32,000 bases of DNA from Candidatus Electrothrix sp. GW3-4 (lineage in GTDB: Bacteria; Desulfobacterota; Desulfobulbia; Desulfobulbales; Desulfobulbaceae). The notes under the pieces are model-generated. The model did not search any database. It was not told the origin of the DNA and was given only the letters and a program-made list of their open reading frames with translations. Of the stretch, positions 9,232-16,083 are shown one piece after another. Location: positions 4,350,001 to 4,382,000 of the forward strand of contig NZ_CP147990.1 in NCBI RefSeq assembly GCF_037902255.1, read 5' to 3'. The position numbers were made by a program, and so were the translations under genes. Position 1 is the first letter of the stretch. Each line of letters starts with the position of its first letter.

Positions 9232-9253
9232 AAAAACGTCTCAGGAAAAAGGG

Positions 9254-9937
9254 CTATTCAAGGACAAAATCAGCTCTTCGATTATAGGCGTAATCTGATT
9301 CCTCGGAACCGGTGAAAAGCGGGCGTTCTTCGCCATAGGAAATCGTCCTGATTCTGGAGCTGTCAACCCCGAGCTTTATCAGATATTTTCGGGCATTCAT
9401 CGCCCGTCGTTCGCCCAAGGCCAAGTTGTACTCATTAGTCCCCTGTTCATCGCAGTTTCCTTCAATGAGGACCTTGCTGGCCACATTGCTCTTCAGGTAT
9501 TCGCCGTTATGCTCAATAAAGATAATCTGGTTGTTGCGGATATTGGATTTATCAAAATCAAAGTAAACGGGTCTCAGCTGGACTGAGGACCGACCGTGCT
9601 CTTTCTTGTACGTCGTTGATTCATTGTCGGGCTTGCCAAAACCCAGTTGTTGTTCTCCTACCCCGCTGCCTGCGTCAAGGGCTTCTATGATCGGAGTATT
9701 ATCGTCCTCTTCTGGCAGGGGAAGATCTTCTGCCAAGGAGGCCATGTTTTCTTCATCTATAGACCCCTGTTCTTCCTGAAGAGTGTCATAACTGAGGGGG
9801 TAAGTTGTTGCCATCTCGGGTTTGGTCTCCTCTGTCGCGGCCTGATACGGTTCGATTTCCTTCGGGCCGCAGCCAGACAGGATGAGAGACAATGATATGC
9901 AGGCTAACAAAAGCATGCGGGGCATGAAGGTATTCAT
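9254..9937 (-). CDS. pal: Peptidoglycan-associated lipoprotein (OmpA-C-like domain)
   Basis: Lipobox LILSGC and an acidic linker. C-terminal VYFDFDKSNI...LIEGNCDEQGTNEYNLALGERRA...YGEERP is an OmpA/Pal peptidoglycan-binding domain. No tol genes are adjacent. Confidence 0.85.
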   Translation of the reverse strand: MNTFMPRMLLLACISLSLILSGCGPKEIEPYQAATEETKPEMATTYPLSYDTLQEEQGSIDEENMASLAEDLPLPEEDDNTPIIEALDAGSGVGEQQLGFGKPDNESTTYKKEHGRSSVQLRPVYFDFDKSNIRNNQIIFIEHNGEYLKSNVASKVLIEGNCDEQGTNEYNLALGERRAMNARKYLIKLGVDSSRIRTISYGEERPLFTGSEESDYAYNRRADFVLE

Positions 9938-10113
9938 GGGAGGATCCTCATCAAGATAGATTGTAAAATAAAAGAGAAGAAAAATATATTTATGTATGTA
10001 TATTTAACTTGTTCCGGTATAGGTCGTCAAGAGAAATCCTGACTCTCAGGGGCTTCTTGCCCCATCTCTTTATGCCTGTCAAAGGAAGAGGGCACAATCA
10101 TTGTTGATGTGTC

Positions 10114-10143
10114 TTGCAAAATGAAGAGCTCTAGCTGTACAAT
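10114..10143 (+). promoter_or_regulatory. Candidate sigma70-type promoter for nth
   Basis: TTGCAA (10114-10119), an 18-nt spacer, then TACAAT (10138-10143), about 40 nt upstream of the nth ATG. Confidence 0.3.
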
Positions 10144-10181
10144 GCTCGTATTATAGAAAAATTAAAGAAGGATCTCAAGAG

Positions 10182-10919
10182 ATGAAAAGAGACGTTTTTC
10201 CGATAGAGACTGTCATAGCGACGCTGGAACAGGAGGTTGTAGATTACGCAGTACCGGTTGTTGACCTGATTGCTGCGCAGACAAAAGATCCGCTCAAGGT
10301 CCTGCTGGCGACTATATTGTCGGCCCGGACCAAAGATGAAGTCACTGCTGCAGCGGCAAAACGGCTCTTTGCCAGGGCAGACTCACTAGAGGCCCTTGAA
10401 GACCTTTCCTTAGAAGAGCTGGAAAAGATATTCTATCCTGTGGGATTCTTTCGGAACAAGGCGAGATATCTTGCAGAGCTACCTGCTGTTCTAAAAAAAG
10501 AATTTAATGGGCAGGTTCCTGATACGGTTGAGGAGCTGGTGAAGTTGCCCGGCGTGGGAAGAAAAACAGCGAATCTGGTGGTGGCTGTGGCCTTTCATAA
10601 ACCAGCCATCTGCGTGGATACCCATGTCCACCGGATTATGAATATTTGGGGATATGTTCAGACCACGACTCCCCTGCAAACAGAGATGGCCCTGCGGGAG
10701 AAGTTGCCTGAGAAGTACTGGATGACCATCAATTCTTTGTTGGTTGCCTTTGGTCAGGGTACCTGTAAACCCCGTGCGCCCCATTGCGATCGTTGTGTGC
10801 TGGCAACAGACTGTCCGCAGCTCGGCGTTACCCCCGCAAGAGAGCGCAAGCAGAGAAGAAGGGCCCAGCGGTACCGAAATTCGTTTCCTGGAATGTCAAC
10901 GGGCTGCGAGCTGTTTTAA
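10182..10919 (+). CDS. nth: Endonuclease III (HhH-GPD DNA glycosylase/AP lyase); the C-terminal ~30 aa is doubtful
   Basis: HhH motif LVKLPGVGRKTANLVV, catalytic region CVDTHVHR, and 4Fe-4S loop CKPRAPHCDRCVLATDC. After the cluster the ORF continues as an unconserved-looking basic tail that overlaps xth. Confidence 0.9.
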   Translation: MKRDVFPIETVIATLEQEVVDYAVPVVDLIAAQTKDPLKVLLATILSARTKDEVTAAAAKRLFARADSLEALEDLSLEELEKIFYPVGFFRNKARYLAELPAVLKKEFNGQVPDTVEELVKLPGVGRKTANLVVAVAFHKPAICVDTHVHRIMNIWGYVQTTTPLQTEMALREKLPEKYWMTINSLLVAFGQGTCKPRAPHCDRCVLATDCPQLGVTPARERKQRRRAQRYRNSFPGMSTGCELF

Positions 10920-11632
10920 AGAAGGGGTTTCTCGATGTGCTGCACGAAGCTGATGCAGATATTTTTGCCGTGCAGGAGATCAAGGCCATGCCCGACCAAC
11001 TTCCTGATGAGGTGAAGAATATCCCAGGCTATATGGCGTATTGGTATCCGGCGCAGAAAAAAGGCTATTCTGGAACCGCTGTTTTTACCAGAAAGGAGCC
11101 GAAAGATGTTATGTACGGCATGGGGAAGGAAGAGTTTGATCGGGAAGGCAGGGTCCTGACCTTGGAATTTGATGATTTTTATTTTATCACGGCCTATTTC
11201 CCTAACGCCCAGCATGGGTTAAAGCGCCTCCAGTATAAAATTGACTTTAATAGGGAAATGCTGTGCTATATGGATATGTTGGCGCGAAAAAAATCCGTAG
11301 TGCTCTGCGGTGATCTGAATGTTGCCCATAAGGAGATCGACCTTGCCAACCCTCAGGCCAATGGAAAAAATCCCGGCTTCAGCCCGGAAGAAAGGGCCTG
11401 GATGGATGAGGTCATCGGGGCTGGTTATGTTGATACCTTTCGTCTCTTCCACCAGGAACCGGAACAATATACCTGGTGGAGCTATCGTTTTCATGCGCGG
11501 GTCAAGAATATTGGCTGGCGTATAGATTATTTTGTGGTGGATCCTGCCAGTCGGGATCGGGTGCGTTCTGCTGCTATTCATGATGATGTGCTCGGCTCGG
11601 ACCATTGTCCGATCAGCATTGAATTTACTTGA
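10784..11632 (+). CDS. xth: Exodeoxyribonuclease III (AP endonuclease); start unresolved
   Basis: FVSWNVNGLRA, FAVQEIK, GDLNVAH, YTWWSYR, GWRIDYF and GSDHCPI motifs. There is no ATG or GTG near the conserved N-terminus. The only in-frame starts are TTG 10784 and 10793, both inside nth. Confidence 0.9.
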   Translation: MRSLCAGNRLSAARRYPRKRAQAEKKGPAVPKFVSWNVNGLRAVLKKGFLDVLHEADADIFAVQEIKAMPDQLPDEVKNIPGYMAYWYPAQKKGYSGTAVFTRKEPKDVMYGMGKEEFDREGRVLTLEFDDFYFITAYFPNAQHGLKRLQYKIDFNREMLCYMDMLARKKSVVLCGDLNVAHKEIDLANPQANGKNPGFSPEERAWMDEVIGAGYVDTFRLFHQEPEQYTWWSYRFHARVKNIGWRIDYFVVDPASRDRVRSAAIHDDVLGSDHCPISIEFT

Positions 11633-11646
11633 TATGGTGACTGGCC

Positions 11647-12273
11647 ATGAAATCATATCGTATCATTATCGCAGATGACCACAGCCTGATCAGGCAGGGG
11701 ATAAAGGCCATGATTGGCCAGGAACCTGGCTTGCAAGTGATTGCAGAGGCGGCTGACGGTCAGGAGCTTTTGGATATCCTGGAAGAGGTCCGGCCGGATA
11801 TGGTGATACTTGATATCTCTATGCCGCGGGTCAGCGGGATTGAGGCGGTGGGGCAAATTAACGGGTTATATCCCGAGGTGCAGATTTTGGTTTTGACCAT
11901 GCATGCCAATGCCCAGTACTGTTATCATGCTATCTCTGCGGGGGCACACGGATATCTGCTCAAGGATGATTCTGACACGGAACTCTTGCCAGCTATTCAA
12001 CAGATACGGCAAGGAGAGGACTATATGAGTCCTCAATTGGCTTCAGAGATTTCTAAAGAAATTCGTGATCCAAAAAATCGGTTAAGCAAGAGAGAAAAGG
12101 AGGTATTGGATCTGGTGGTGAAAGGATTGACCAGTAAACAGATCGGAGAGAGCCTGTGTCTCAGTCCAAGAACCGTTGGTCACCATCGTTCAAGCCTTCT
12201 GAAGAAGTTTAATATGAAGAATAGCGTTGATTTGGTCAATTATGTTATAAAAAATTCTCTCATTGTTCGTTGA
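11647..12273 (+). CDS. NarL/FixJ-family response regulator (REC + LuxR-type HTH)
   Basis: IIIADDH...DMVILDISMP receiver motifs. C-terminal LSKREKEVLDLVVKGLTSKQIGESLCLSPRTVGHHRSSLLKKF. No histidine kinase is adjacent. Confidence 0.9.
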   Translation: MKSYRIIIADDHSLIRQGIKAMIGQEPGLQVIAEAADGQELLDILEEVRPDMVILDISMPRVSGIEAVGQINGLYPEVQILVLTMHANAQYCYHAISAGAHGYLLKDDSDTELLPAIQQIRQGEDYMSPQLASEISKEIRDPKNRLSKREKEVLDLVVKGLTSKQIGESLCLSPRTVGHHRSSLLKKFNMKNSVDLVNYVIKNSLIVR

Positions 12274-12472
12274 TAATCCCTCCTTATATCGGTATGTTGT
12301 TCTGAAATTAGGTATATATACCTATATAAAATTGGGTATGTCTCCCTATTGTTTTTTTTTCTTTTTCTCTTATAACTAAAAAATATAACAGATGTCTTCT
12401 TCTCTGTTCTGGAGAATGCGGTCAGAAAGCAGGGAAGGTTGGAGAAATGAAAAAACTGCTGGAGGGTAAAGC

Positions 12473-12745
12473 ATGAACAAGCTTGATCTCGTAACGACAC
12501 TTGCTCAGTCCGCAAATATCAGTAAAGCAGACGCCGAACGCGGGCTGGTTGGCTTACTGCAAACGATGAGGGGGGCTATTGAGGAGGGCGAGCGTATAAA
12601 TCTCGTCGGCTTTGGCAGCTTTTCTGTTATTGATCGAGCGCCACGCGTGGGACGCAATCCAAAGACCGGTGAACAGGTTCGAATTCCCTCTCGACGAAGT
12701 GTTAAATTCTGTCCCGGACAAGCGCTTAAAGAGATAATTTTTTAA
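12473..12745 (+). CDS. hup: HU-family nucleoid DNA-binding protein
   Basis: MNKLDLV...GFGSFSVIDRAPRVGRNPKTGEQVRIPSRRSVKF is a canonical HU/IHF fold signature. GGAGGG Shine-Dalgarno. Confidence 0.95.
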   Translation: MNKLDLVTTLAQSANISKADAERGLVGLLQTMRGAIEEGERINLVGFGSFSVIDRAPRVGRNPKTGEQVRIPSRRSVKFCPGQALKEIIF

Positions 12746-12820
12746 TCCATAATCCAGAGTTCATCCGATGTCCTCGGTTCCTGGGGACAATGTTCCGCCT
12801 CCAAGGTGGCTGACATCTGC

Positions 12821-13645
12821 TCAGGATGTACCAGCCGCCTTTCTTCTTCGTAGCATCCAGAGAATAACTCCCATGCCGACCAACACTGCACTCAGCACCT
12901 GCCCCATTGTCATGCCCAGGAAAACCGTGCCCAGATGGGCATCTGGTTCGCGGACAAACTCAACCAGGAAGCGAAAGCAACCATAGAGGATCATGGCCAA
13001 GGCGGTCATGGAGCCGTGCGGCCAGCGGGAGAGCTGTTTTCCCTCCTGATCCGCCTGCCAAGGTTTTCCTTTCAGCAACCAGAGCACGATAAAAATCACC
13101 ACCCCTTCAAGAAAGGCCTCATAGAGCTGGGAAGGATGCCTGGGTAGGGGGCCGCCATAGGGAAAGACCATTCCCCAAGGCAGATCTGTTGTCCTGCCGA
13201 ACAGTTCCCCGTTGATGAAATTGCCGAGCCTGCCAAAGCCAACTCCGATGGGCGCGGTAACCGTGTACATATCTATAATCTTCCAGGGATCAAGGTCATG
13301 CCGTCTGCTATAGATAGTCAGGGCGATGAGCACGCCCAGGGCACCACCATGAAAGGACATGCCGCCCTGCCAGGTGGCAAAGATTTCCAGGGGATGCTGG
13401 AGGAAATAGGGGAGATTGTAGAACAGGACATAGCCTAGGCGCCCGCCGAGAATAACGCCAGCGATGATGGCGATATTGAGGTTGTCCAGGTGCTCAATCA
13501 ATCGGTCCCACTTGAATTTCTTGGCCTGATAACTGACCAGGAGATAGCAGGCAACAAAACCGATGATGTACATCAGGCCGTACCAGCGGACATGGAAAGG
13601 GCCGAGAGAGAAAAGGATGGGGTCGATTTGAGGGAAGGTGAGCAT
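12821..13645 (-). CDS. lgt: Prolipoprotein diacylglyceryl transferase
   Basis: MLTFPQIDPILFSLGPFHVRWYGLMYIIGF, HGGALG, GRLGNFINGELFGR and RHPSQLYE motifs. Confidence 0.95.
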   Translation of the reverse strand: MLTFPQIDPILFSLGPFHVRWYGLMYIIGFVACYLLVSYQAKKFKWDRLIEHLDNLNIAIIAGVILGGRLGYVLFYNLPYFLQHPLEIFATWQGGMSFHGGALGVLIALTIYSRRHDLDPWKIIDMYTVTAPIGVGFGRLGNFINGELFGRTTDLPWGMVFPYGGPLPRHPSQLYEAFLEGVVIFIVLWLLKGKPWQADQEGKQLSRWPHGSMTALAMILYGCFRFLVEFVREPDAHLGTVFLGMTMGQVLSAVLVGMGVILWMLRRRKAAGTS

Positions 13646-13671
13646 AATTTATTTATTTTGTTTTTTCTAAG

Positions 13672-13700
13672 GTAGGGGCACGGCACGCCGTTGCCCCTAC
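13672..13700. repeat. GC-rich REP-like palindrome (GTAGGGGCACGGC subtype)
   Basis: GTAGGGGCACGGC-AC-GCCGT(T)GCCCCTAC is a 13-bp stem with one bulge. A near-copy lies at 21393-21425. Confidence 0.6.
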
Positions 13701-13749
13701 ATAAACCGTAATGTTTCAGGGCAGGCCCAGGGCCCAGCTCCTACCCAGA

Positions 13750-14589
13750 TCAGTATCGTTCTGTAGGGTGCGAACCCTTGTGTTCGCCCTTGATCGTCTC
13801 ACGAAAGAGGGCATTCAGCTCTTCAGCGACCTCAACACGCTCGTTGATGTCAGGACGCCCTTGCCCATGAAAGGCTGTGCCGTGTCGTTCCGTCTCAGTG
13901 CTGATAAAGGTATTGATTTCAGGGATCGGATCGCCAAGACCAAGTTCCGGGGTCACCCGTTTTGCCGCAAGCAGGCTGGCGATACCTTGGCGAATATCTG
14001 AAGGAGCAACCGACTCCACGAGGTGCTCGAACTCTACCGGCGGAATCCCCCTGCCCTCCTCAATGTAGCGTATCGCAAGCAGCGGACGCAACACGTAAAA
14101 GTACTTCTTGAGCTTGACCTTGTCACGAAAGAGGTACTCGCGGGCGTTTCTCCGGGCCATATGGCTGTAATGGTAGCAGAGGGCCACGTTGTTGATTGCC
14201 CGTGGGGCGAGATCGCGGAGTTTTGCCGCGAAATTTCCTCGCTCAATATAGTGGATAGGGCTGTTGAGCCATTCCAATAAGGCGCCGTTTGTACGGGTGA
14301 ACAGATAGAGGGCCTTGCGCAGATCCCAGCCGGAGCAGTCAATTTCATCGACGATGGAATACTCAATCACGTCCCGCCGCCGCTCTATGTCAAAGGAGAG
14401 ATACCAGTCTTCCTCGTGGACATAGATGAAGCGCACATCATAATCGGAATCCGGCGAGGCAAAGCCCCAGGCCCGGGAGCCGGATTCGCAGCAATAGAGA
14501 ATGCGGACCTTGTGCTCGCGCTCAGCCTCGGCGAGACGACGGGAGATTTCCTGGGCGATCTCAGGGGGGATTGCGTGGTTGGAGGTCAT
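13750..14589 (-). CDS. Pol-beta-superfamily nucleotidyltransferase, COG3541 / PF10127 (RlaP)-like
   Basis: VRILYCCESGSRAWGFASPDSDYDVRFIY is the GS...DxD Pol-beta NTase signature with the family-typical context, followed by a helical C-terminal domain. Start is ATG 14589 (MTSNHAIPPE) or ATG 14619. The last ~13 codons are read from a REP-like hairpin. Confidence 0.8.
   Translation of the reverse strand: MTSNHAIPPEIAQEISRRLAEAEREHKVRILYCCESGSRAWGFASPDSDYDVRFIYVHEEDWYLSFDIERRRDVIEYSIVDEIDCSGWDLRKALYLFTRTNGALLEWLNSPIHYIERGNFAAKLRDLAPRAINNVALCYHYSHMARRNAREYLFRDKVKLKKYFYVLRPLLAIRYIEEGRGIPPVEFEHLVESVAPSDIRQGIASLLAAKRVTPELGLGDPIPEINTFISTETERHGTAFHGQGRPDINERVEVAEELNALFRETIKGEHKGSHPTERY
13763..13790. 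repeat. GC-rich REP-like palindrome (GTAGGGKGCGAAC subtype) embedded in the NTase 3' end
   Basis: GTAGGGTGCGAAC-CCTTGT-GTTCGCCCTTG. A near-copy lies at 21348-21376 (GTAGGGGCGAAC-CAGGGT-GTTCGCCCTTG). Confidence 0.6.
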
Positions 14590-14627
14590 TGTCTCTCTGT
14601 TGTTGTAAACGTGGCGCATCCTTTGTG

Positions 14628-14924
14628 TTATTCGAACTTCTTATACTCAACTTTGAGGCGTTCAAATAAACTCTTGAGTGCTTTATATCCTGAGCTATTT
14701 TTATCGGGATATTCTTTTGGATCGTCTAAGGAATATTCAATGACAATAAGAAGACAATCAAAATCCCAGCTGTAAAGACCAATAGGACGTTTTCCTTTAT
14801 AGTTTGCAATTCGTGTGTCGAGACCAAAAGCTTCGCTCATTTGCCAGGTATGGCGTTGTAACTCTGAAAGTTCTTCTCCAGAGATTTTTATTTGTAACTT
14901 TATATCTCTTGTACCTGGTTTCAT
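14628..14924 (-). CDS. Hypothetical 98-aa protein (no family recognised)
   Basis: ATG-initiated ORF in an AT-rich stretch. Its stop lies 8 nt before ATG 14619 and 38 nt before ATG 14589 of the NTase gene, on the same strand. No obvious Shine-Dalgarno. Confidence 0.55.
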   Translation of the reverse strand: MKPGTRDIKLQIKISGEELSELQRHTWQMSEAFGLDTRIANYKGKRPIGLYSWDFDCLLIVIEYSLDDPKEYPDKNSSGYKALKSLFERLKVEYKKFE

Positions 14925-14950
14925 TGTATCTTGTTTTTTAGGAACATTTT

Positions 14951-15025
14951 TTGAACTGTCCGGGATTTCCAGATAGTTGCTTGAAGAAAAAATTATTGAA
15001 CTGTTCGAAATTTTCGAATAGTTGC
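14951..15025 (-). promoter_or_regulatory. Two tandem 30-nt imperfect repeats upstream of the 98-aa gene (candidate operator pair)
   Basis: TTGAACTGTCCGGGATTTCCAGATAGTTGC (14951-14980) and TTGAACTGTTCGAAATTTTCGAATAGTTGC (14996-15025) share 24/30 positions. Conserved ends flank a variable centre, starts are 45 nt apart, and each copy has partial dyad symmetry. Confidence 0.4.
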
Positions 15026-15106
15026 GTAGGGCCGATTGAGTGTAGCTAAATCATACATTTTTCGGGAATGGGTTGTCCGCTTTCGTTGAACTCAAGGAGA
15101 CCTACT

Positions 15107-15526
15107 TTACTTGATTTTTTTTGAAATGCTATTTAACTCCTTTAAAAGCAACGATTCAGATTTTCCTGTAGACTTTGATAATTCAGAGAGGATATCAGAG
15201 TCGAAAGCAATATCATATGTAATCGCAGTGGATCCACAATTGCAGCAAGATGCAGTATCCACAATACATTTATTCTTATAGGTTTTAAAAAAAGCAAAAT
15301 CAATGGAAGCTTCTCGTTTAAGGTGGTGCCGGATTACATTTTGCACATCGTCGTCAGATCGTGCGTGTTGAGGGACACCCTTTACCTGGAACAATTTTCT
15401 TCTAAAACCCGTTGTTTCTCCACATTGAGTACATGATACGGGTTTAAGTCTGGAAATTTTTTTATCTTTAAGAATCTTTTCTGATTCGAGGTCACTAAGC
15501 TGCTTGATTGAAATAGTCGTTTCCAT
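15107..15526 (-). CDS. Hypothetical 139-aa protein with a split CxxC...CxxC zinc-ribbon signature
   Basis: ATG ORF in AT-rich DNA. CTQCGETTG (aa 32-35) and CCNCGS (aa ~105-109) form a possible 4-Cys ribbon. No Shine-Dalgarno. Preceded by palindromic element H1. Confidence 0.6.
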   Translation of the reverse strand: METTISIKQLSDLESEKILKDKKISRLKPVSCTQCGETTGFRRKLFQVKGVPQHARSDDDVQNVIRHHLKREASIDFAFFKTYKNKCIVDTASCCNCGSTAITYDIAFDSDILSELSKSTGKSESLLLKELNSISKKIK

Positions 15527-15540
15527 AATATATTTATTTT

Positions 15541-15648
15541 ACTGGTGCCCAAGCCCTGCTTGGGTATCTTGAATACAGAAGCTCCAGCTTCGGAGAATGA
15601 AGCGGAGCTTCAAAAAGTAGTTCCCAAGCCGGAGCTTGGGGAACCAGT
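15541..15648. repeat. H1: ~108-nt long imperfect palindrome / multi-hairpin element
   Basis: The ends ACTGGTGCCCAAGC...GCTTGGGGAACCAGT pair with each other. Internal stems are CCCAAGC/GCTTGGG, GAAGCTCC/GGAGCTTC and TTCCCAAGC/GCTTGGGGAA. A homologous copy lies at 15955-16063. Confidence 0.7.
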
Positions 15649-15655
15649 CAATAAT

Positions 15656-15877
15656 ATTATACATAAGATCCCGTCGGAAAAGAAAGCTATCCGCGATCAA
15701 GCATGTCCAGCAGCTCCGGGACATCGCGGGCATTGATGAGGCCGGTTTGGTAGCGGTTCAGGCGTTCTTCGATGGAATGATACGGTGCTGGCATGGTGTC
15801 CTCCTGAATTGGGTTGAGGGAAGGATTTCCCGGATGATGAGCGGGTGCAGGGGGAGAAAATGGCGTTGCAGTGCTGC
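15656..15877. repeat. Duplicated module, copy A (partner at 17726-17937)
   Basis: 15711-15877 matches 17771-17937 with only 2 mismatches. The flank ATTATACATAAGATCC..GGAAAAGAAAG is also shared. A 10-nt indel separates the two conserved parts. Confidence 0.9.
15687..15794 (-). CDS. Possible 35-aa small ORF inside repeat copy A
   Basis: CAGGAGGACACC-ATG gives a strong Shine-Dalgarno. Product is MPAPYHSIEERLNRYQTGLINARDVPELLDMLDRG*. The first 19 aa are identical to the copy-B ORF. Confidence 0.3.
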   Translation of the reverse strand: MPAPYHSIEERLNRYQTGLINARDVPELLDMLDRG

Positions 15878-15884
15878 AAAACCG

Positions 15885-15948
15885 TTTTCTCCTGCTGCAG
15901 AGTGACTTTCTCCCGCTACAGAACGAGTTTTTCCTGCTACAGAATGAT
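15885..15948. repeat. 21-22-nt tandem repeat array, 3 units
   Basis: TTTTCTCCTGCTGCAGAGTGAC / TTTCTCCCGCTACAGAACGAG / TTTTTCCTGCTACAGAATGAT. Same unit family as the 8-unit array at 17946-18112. Confidence 0.8.
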
Positions 15949-15954
15949 TTTGTT

Positions 15955-16063
15955 ACTGGTGCCCAAGCTCTGCTTGGGCACCTTGACTCCAGAATCTCTA
16001 GCTTCGGAGAATGAAGCAGAGCTTCAGAAAAGCAGTTCCCAAGCCCCGGAGATTGGAAAGCAG
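15955..16063. repeat. H2: second copy of the long-palindrome element, with a degenerate 3' arm
   Basis: ACTGGTGCCCAAGCTCTGCTTGGGCACC (11-bp stem)...AGCTTCGGAGAATGAAGCAGAGCTTC...GTTCCCAAGCCCCGGAGATTGGAAAGCAG. Lies 21 nt downstream of the DUF559 gene stop. Confidence 0.7.
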
Positions 16064-16083
16064 ACAAAAGAATGAAGGCGGAT

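Noticed and set aside
12310-12323. Perfect 14-bp palindrome AGGTATATATACCT between the response regulator and hup
   Set aside because: It is a single AT-rich palindrome with no second copy in the window and no clear link to a promoter or terminator. That is insufficient evidence for a functional call.
15541-16063. Integron attC sites flanking a cassette
   Set aside because: The long imperfect palindrome is superficially attC-like. However, I could not find the RYYYAAC / GTTRRRY core sites at the ends, no intI gene is in the window, and the downstream ORFs have their own candidate promoter. It remains a formal possibility only.
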